From IMG/VR virus record IMGVR_UViG_3300042564_000956, positions 1 to 29,935 of that record: DNA of 29,935 nt, one strand, 5' to 3'. Shown here in pieces: positions 25,740 through 29,935 of the stretch. The translations under genes were made by a program, and so were the position numbers. Position 1 is the stretch's first letter. Every line of letters begins with the position of its first letter. Under the pieces are notes generated by a model, which saw nothing but the letters and a program-made list of their open reading frames with translations, had not been told where the DNA came from and did not search any database. The DNA comes from a virus. Its lineage: Duplodnaviria; Caudoviricetes.

Positions 25740-26246
25740 TTATTCTTCAGTTGGAAACGGCCACTGTGCAAAAGATGCTTTAATTTCTGCACTTGTTGGA
25801 CGTTTTGATAATTTTATATTTTCTTCAATAACTGTACCATCATCTTCGCACAGGTCAATTTGATACGGTGCAATAATATGCACGGCAGTGTCTTCTTCTG
25901 CCCATTCATGCTCTCCGTCGAATAACCAACCTGCACCACCTTCGTAGTACAATTCTTTGAGTTCTTGCTGTTCTAGTTCGCCGATGTCATCACTGAATTC
26001 CCACTCAACGCTGACGCTGTCATCAAACTCACAACCCCAACCTACATCTGCTCGAGCGTAGGCAACGTTGTCACCTTGCCAAGGAAGATTGCAATCTAAG
26101 TCACCTTCAACAAAGCCCTGCCCCCAGCGATAAGTTTCGTCGATGTTAAACCAACTTACAGAACCGTCTTTGTTACCACGAAACATTTCCACATGATAAA
26201 CAATGCTTTTCTTTTCAAGTGGTTTGATTAGATATACTTTAGACAT
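25740..26246 (-). CDS. Acidic hypothetical phage protein with C-terminal WPFP motif, 168 aa
   Basis: GAGGAG RBS; D/E/W-rich; ends FAQWPFPTEE. Confidence 0.75.
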   Translation of the reverse strand: MSKVYLIKPLEKKSIVYHVEMFRGNKDGSVSWFNIDETYRWGQGFVEGDLDCNLPWQGDNVAYARADVGWGCEFDDSVSVEWEFSDDIGELEQQELKELYYEGGAGWLFDGEHEWAEEDTAVHIIAPYQIDLCEDDGTVIEENIKLSKRPTSAEIKASFAQWPFPTEE

Positions 26247-26247
26247 A

Positions 26248-27264
26248 TTAATTCTCCTCGAATAAATTTAATGCCGCTTTTGTAAGCGGATATCTTGCTT
26301 GAAAAGGTTCAGCATATGATTGAATATTATCAGCAATCTTTTTCATGTCGTAACTGTTGCAGAATTTTAACATGCGGATACCAACTTGGTCTACTGTCTT
26401 TGGTACTGCATGTGTTGCAATTGTTTCACGTATATGTTCTTTAATATCGTCGGGTTGTGCAGTTAAATCGCATAACTGTACATTACGTTGATAGTCTTCC
26501 ATAACACGATGTTCTTGTCCATTGTGGTCAACCCAACGTTGCAACATGAGATTGTTCCAACTATATCCTTTGGATTTACGGTCTTCGAATGCTTCAGTAA
26601 GACCAACTTTATTCTTTGAACCTTTAGTACGCACACCTGGGAAAGCACTAAACACATTGTCGCTTGTATCACCACGCATACATTTTTCAAACAGCATCCA
26701 TTCTGGATCTTGTGCAGCCTTTGGTAATCCTGTCTTTTTATCTTTAACAGGTTTGCCCTTAGCATCAAAGGTGCCTTCGTGAGTAATATGTAAATCGCCT
26801 ACACCGTTATATTGACTAACATTGTGTGTAATCAATTGTGCAAAATCTCCGTCTGTTGAAATGATCACGTGCTTGTCGGTTGGATGTGCTTGTACCCAAC
26901 CTGCGATCAAATCATCTGCTTCTAAGCGAGGATGTTGCATTACTGTGCAGTTAGTTTTCTCTGCTACAAAGTTTTTAAACTCATCAAACGCTTCCCAGAA
27001 GATCTTTTCTTCTTCTGCTTCCTTGGCAGTATGTGCCGCACGTACAGCAGTTCGATTAGCTTTGTAAGGAGTGTAAAAATCTTTACGCCATGAGCGACCT
27101 TCGAGGCAGAACACTACATGAGTGCCGCCAAAGTCTTTCCATGCTTTCTTGATACTGTTAAATGTAATATGGAATGCCATGCCAAGTTTAATATCGGCAG
27201 CACCTTGTACAACGTGTCTAGCACGAAAGAATGTGTTAGCAGTATCAACAATAATATATGTCAT
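26248..27264 (-). CDS. rnh: T4 RNase H-like 5'-3' exonuclease/flap endonuclease
   Basis: FEN/PIN acidic motifs IIVDTAN, YKANR, EADDLIA, STDGDFAQL and GDTSDNV. Confidence 0.9.
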   Translation of the reverse strand: MTYIIVDTANTFFRARHVVQGAADIKLGMAFHITFNSIKKAWKDFGGTHVVFCLEGRSWRKDFYTPYKANRTAVRAAHTAKEAEEEKIFWEAFDEFKNFVAEKTNCTVMQHPRLEADDLIAGWVQAHPTDKHVIISTDGDFAQLITHNVSQYNGVGDLHITHEGTFDAKGKPVKDKKTGLPKAAQDPEWMLFEKCMRGDTSDNVFSAFPGVRTKGSKNKVGLTEAFEDRKSKGYSWNNLMLQRWVDHNGQEHRVMEDYQRNVQLCDLTAQPDDIKEHIRETIATHAVPKTVDQVGIRMLKFCNSYDMKKIADNIQSYAEPFQARYPLTKAALNLFEEN

Positions 27265-27713
27265 TCAATTTCCGATTTGCCACCCGGCAATTTTCTTACA
27301 TTAATATAGCCAGCACCACGAGTAGTATCTTGACCTTCGTCGGCTAGCACGTTTCGGGCTAGATCTTTGAACCAACGATCCACGATCTCTTCATCCGGAT
27401 CGCCTTCAAACCCATAGCCTTCTTGTTTTAATTGTACTACAAACTCGGCATTCCAGTCAAGCTCAAAAAAGCCATTTCTGATATTATCTTTGTTGACATG
27501 TGTATTCAGTACAGCAACCCAGGATTCGCCTTTGGCAGTTGCACGTTCTTTTGGAGTCAATTTGGCCTGTATTTCGGCCGCTTTTGCATCTTCAGCTTCT
27601 TTTAAATGTTTGGCAGTTTCGTCTACAGTTGTTACCAATTTAGCCTGTGTTTCGATAAGTGCCTGTTCAACCTTATCCAAACCAGTTATACGTTTAAAGA
27701 ATTTGGTTAACAT
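27261..27713 (-). CDS. Hypothetical phage protein, 150 aa
   Basis: Start ATG 27713 forms a TGATG overlap with the queE stop; N-terminal coiled-coil-like segment; FFELDWN motif. Confidence 0.7.
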   Translation of the reverse strand: MLTKFFKRITGLDKVEQALIETQAKLVTTVDETAKHLKEAEDAKAAEIQAKLTPKERATAKGESWVAVLNTHVNKDNIRNGFFELDWNAEFVVQLKQEGYGFEGDPDEEIVDRWFKDLARNVLADEGQDTTRGAGYINVRKLPGGKSEIE

Positions 27714-28564
27714 CAAGTACCCCACTCGTTTTTAAACAATGGCACTTGTAATCTATCGCTGTATCGCCATCCACGCTTCATAGCTGCCAGTGCTACATTC
27801 TTTGCGTTAAGTGTATAAACACTTTCTACACCACCTACCGGCATTAGATAAACGTGTCCGTTAAATCCTGCTTCTCTAAATTCGTCAACAGCGTGTTCTG
27901 CATCAATGATATCTTCCGCTGTTGCTACTACAAATTTAAGATACACTACACCTACTTCTTCGTACTCACACACAACTTCCGGGCGAATAGCGTCAAACCA
28001 ATTCTCGCCACTTGCTGGAAGTTTAGCACTCACGCTAAATGTTACACAACGTTCGCCTGGAATCTGCATAGACCAATCTTGCAAGTATTCTTTAAATTCT
28101 GGTGTAAGCGGTTGAGTACCGTTTGTTTCAAAAGTAATTTCCTTCAATTGTTTCATATAAACATGATCCAACAATTCAGGATAAGCACGTTGCCAACCTA
28201 GTAGTGGTTCGCCACCTGTGATAACCAAGTGCTCGTCTACCCATGTCTTGTATGGAAGAATTTCCATAATGCGTTCTGCAATAGCATCGCTTGTGAGCAT
28301 TGGACTTAGATCTTTAAAACGTGGATCCCAACTGGCGTAACTATCACATCCTGAACTCACTAGTGGCAAGTCTTCGTATTTGAAAAACTTTTTAATATCG
28401 GCCGCAATGAAATCACGTTCTTTGCTTTGCTCGCCACGTGGCATGCCAAATCCGTCACAGGTAAAGTTGCAACCAAATGTGCGTAAAAACACAGACGGAA
28501 CACCCATGTAGCGTCCTTCTCCTTGAATACTATAAAATAATTCTGCTATTTTAATTTTTGACAT
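27713..28564 (-). CDS. queE: 7-carboxy-7-deazaguanine synthase-like radical SAM enzyme
   Basis: ELFYSIQGEG..G.PSVFLRTFGCN, LVITGGEP, FETNGT, SVSAK, LKFVV and RYSDRLQ; folE nearby. Confidence 0.88.
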   Translation of the reverse strand: MSKIKIAELFYSIQGEGRYMGVPSVFLRTFGCNFTCDGFGMPRGEQSKERDFIAADIKKFFKYEDLPLVSSGCDSYASWDPRFKDLSPMLTSDAIAERIMEILPYKTWVDEHLVITGGEPLLGWQRAYPELLDHVYMKQLKEITFETNGTQPLTPEFKEYLQDWSMQIPGERCVTFSVSAKLPASGENWFDAIRPEVVCEYEEVGVVYLKFVVATAEDIIDAEHAVDEFREAGFNGHVYLMPVGGVESVYTLNAKNVALAAMKRGWRYSDRLQVPLFKNEWGT

Positions 28565-28892
28565 TTTGTTTCCTAAAATCTTCTACATCGCTAATTGCTA
28601 ATTGTAACACACTTGCATAGTTAAGAGCTTGTTGTTTGGTTAAGTGTACTGCTGATTCAGTATCTATATAGCCTTTAGTTAGCAATGTCCAAATATGATA
28701 CCATCGTGCTTTGCTCCACCAGTTTGTTTTGCCTGTGGTATAAATGGTCACAACAATGTCGCAATCATCTGCTTCCACCCACATGTTGTGATTGTGATTT
28801 TCGTCACCGCAATTACAAGCAATCCGGTAGACTTTTGAATTGCCCCAGTCGTTCGTTTTTAGTATACCCTCGGCTGGAATCTGCGGAGTCAT
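28551..28892 (-). CDS. Hypothetical phage protein with CxC..HxH motif, 113 aa
   Basis: GAGG RBS and ATGA overlap; ACNCGDENHNH is a possible metal site. Confidence 0.7.
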   Translation of the reverse strand: MTPQIPAEGILKTNDWGNSKVYRIACNCGDENHNHNMWVEADDCDIVVTIYTTGKTNWWSKARWYHIWTLLTKGYIDTESAVHLTKQQALNYASVLQLAISDVEDFRKQNVKN

Positions 28893-29185
28893 TTAAGAAC
28901 CTCTAGCATAGCAATCTTAGCTATCTTCTCACCAAAATCTTCATCTTTTCCAATAATGTAGATATCGTGGAAGTTACGATCTTTCTGACGATCGTACCGG
29001 CTAAACTCTACAACCTTGCCACCAATGGCATTATATACTTTGAATTGTAGTGTAGGATCACTGTTGACATCTCTTGTACTAACACTAATACTATTTTTAG
29101 AAGTGGAATAACAATCGGGTTGATCTCTAACGTTATCCCAATCCTCACGAACCCATTTAACCACCATTTGTTTTAACCAGTTCAT
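28889..29185 (-). CDS. Hypothetical phage protein, 98 aa
   Basis: ATGA overlaps at both ends; AAGGA upstream. Confidence 0.7.
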   Translation of the reverse strand: MNWLKQMVVKWVREDWDNVRDQPDCYSTSKNSISVSTRDVNSDPTLQFKVYNAIGGKVVEFSRYDRQKDRNFHDIYIIGKDEDFGEKIAKIAMLEVLK

Positions 29186-29355
29186 AACTTCATTATCCTT
29201 TCGATTACTTCTATAGCCTGTGTAAATTCTTTTCTTTCTAATTGTGCTTCGATGGCCTTTTCGTAGTCGTTACGCAATTGTCTTAGATATGGACGCATTT
29301 GATATGTAGCATATGGTTGCGACCATCTAATAGTATATAGATATTTTGGAATCAT
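29182..29355 (-). CDS. Small hypothetical protein absent from the ORF track, 57 aa
   Basis: MIPKYLYTIRWSQPYATYQMRPYLRQLRNDYEKAIEAQLERKEFTQAIEVIERIMKL*; fills the gap exactly, with ATGA overlaps to the folE stop and the next start. Confidence 0.75.
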   Translation of the reverse strand: MIPKYLYTIRWSQPYATYQMRPYLRQLRNDYEKAIEAQLERKEFTQAIEVIERIMKL

Positions 29356-29935
29356 CGTGGAGCAAACTCTTGTTGCATTTTAATGTTATCAAAGAATTCT
29401 TTCTTTGTACCCATGTCGCTATTAAATGCACCTTTGAGTACTGTAGTCTGTGTTAGACTAGAGTGTGCCATAATGCCGCGATTCTCGCAACATCCATGAA
29501 TCGCTTGTATGTACACTGCTACATTTTCCGACTCAGTTGCTTTCATTATTTCGCGGGCAATGTCGTTACAGAGTTCTTCTTGCAGTGTTCCTCGGCGAGC
29601 ACACCACTGTGCTATTCTGGTATACTTGCTGAGACCAATAAGTTTATTAGCGGCAATGATACCGATGTAGGCAACCCCACTGACAGGCTGGTGATGATGA
29701 GAACACATACTTCGAAGCTCACTACGTACCACAAGCATACCTTCGTAGCGGTCGGCGCTATCATTTGGAAAAGCTGTTGCGTCTGGTGCTTGTTCATATC
29801 TACCTGCCATCACTTCGTTAAAATACATTTTGGCCAGTCTACGTGCTGTGCCTTTACTGTTAGGATCATTTTCTCGATCAATAAGCAAACGATCAAGTAC
29901 AGTTTCAAATGCTTCTGCGGCTTCGTCAATTAGTC
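29352..29935 (-). CDS. folE: GTP cyclohydrolase I (5'-truncated by the window edge)
   Basis: SMCSHH zinc motif, IGLSK..R, LQEEL and HGCCENRG; the frame is open to the window end. Confidence 0.95.
   Translation of the reverse strand, partial: LIDEAAEAFETVLDRLLIDRENDPNSKGTARRLAKMYFNEVMAGRYEQAPDATAFPNDSADRYEGMLVVRSELRSMCSHHHQPVSGVAYIGIIAANKLIGLSKYTRIAQWCARRGTLQEELCNDIAREIMKATESENVAVYIQAIHGCCENRGIMAHSSLTQTTVLKGAFNSDMGTKKEFFDNIKMQQEFAPR

Noticed and set aside
28346-28471. Intein or intron in queE
   Set aside because: The in-frame insert is only about 34 extra residues, with no His-Asn splice end or endonuclease motif.
27713-28564. NrdG (anaerobic RNR activase) call for the radical SAM gene
   Set aside because: SIQGEG, ETNGT and the C-terminal R.Q motif, plus folE linkage, fit QueE; no nrdD is in the window.
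19615-29933. Plus-strand and alternate-frame ORFs across the minus-strand arm (e.g. 19861-20322, 23842-24168, 29463-29933)
   Set aside because: They overlap well-supported genes (thyX, AAA ATPase, folE) and have no recognisable features.
1-29935. CRISPR array, tRNA, rRNA, IS element or active stop-codon recoding
   Set aside because: Intergenic gaps are at most about 110 nt, with no spaced repeats, cloverleaf or transposase motifs; genes tile fully under the standard code.

Overview
A gene-dense, AT-rich window of a large T4-like or jumbo myophage genome; gene style and order recall Rak2/GAP32-like and uncultured freshwater jumbo phages (inference, no search run). Two arms converge at 19664-19671. 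The + arm (1-19671) is a late morphogenesis block: the 3' part of a giant (>2580 aa) baseplate-type protein with FG-GAP and CBM-like modules, three tail-fibre/baseplate paralogs sharing an N-terminal domain, two other structural genes, and a coupled six-gene cassette with four DxD GT-A glycosyltransferase-like proteins in two paralog pairs. The - arm (19664-29935) carries folE (truncated by the window edge), queE with a split CX3CX36C motif, a T4 Rnh-like 5'-3' nuclease, a MoxR-type AAA+ ATPase with an HExxH/VWA partner (each behind a near-consensus sigma70 promoter), thyX and many small hypotheticals. The best candidates for new biology are a late-expressed glycosylation cassette attached to the tail-fibre genes, RBS-occluding hairpins paired with late-promoter-like motifs, a sigma70 promoter whose spacer is a C(UUCG)G hairpin, and the non-canonical QueE. 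I saw no tRNA, rRNA, CRISPR array or mobile element.
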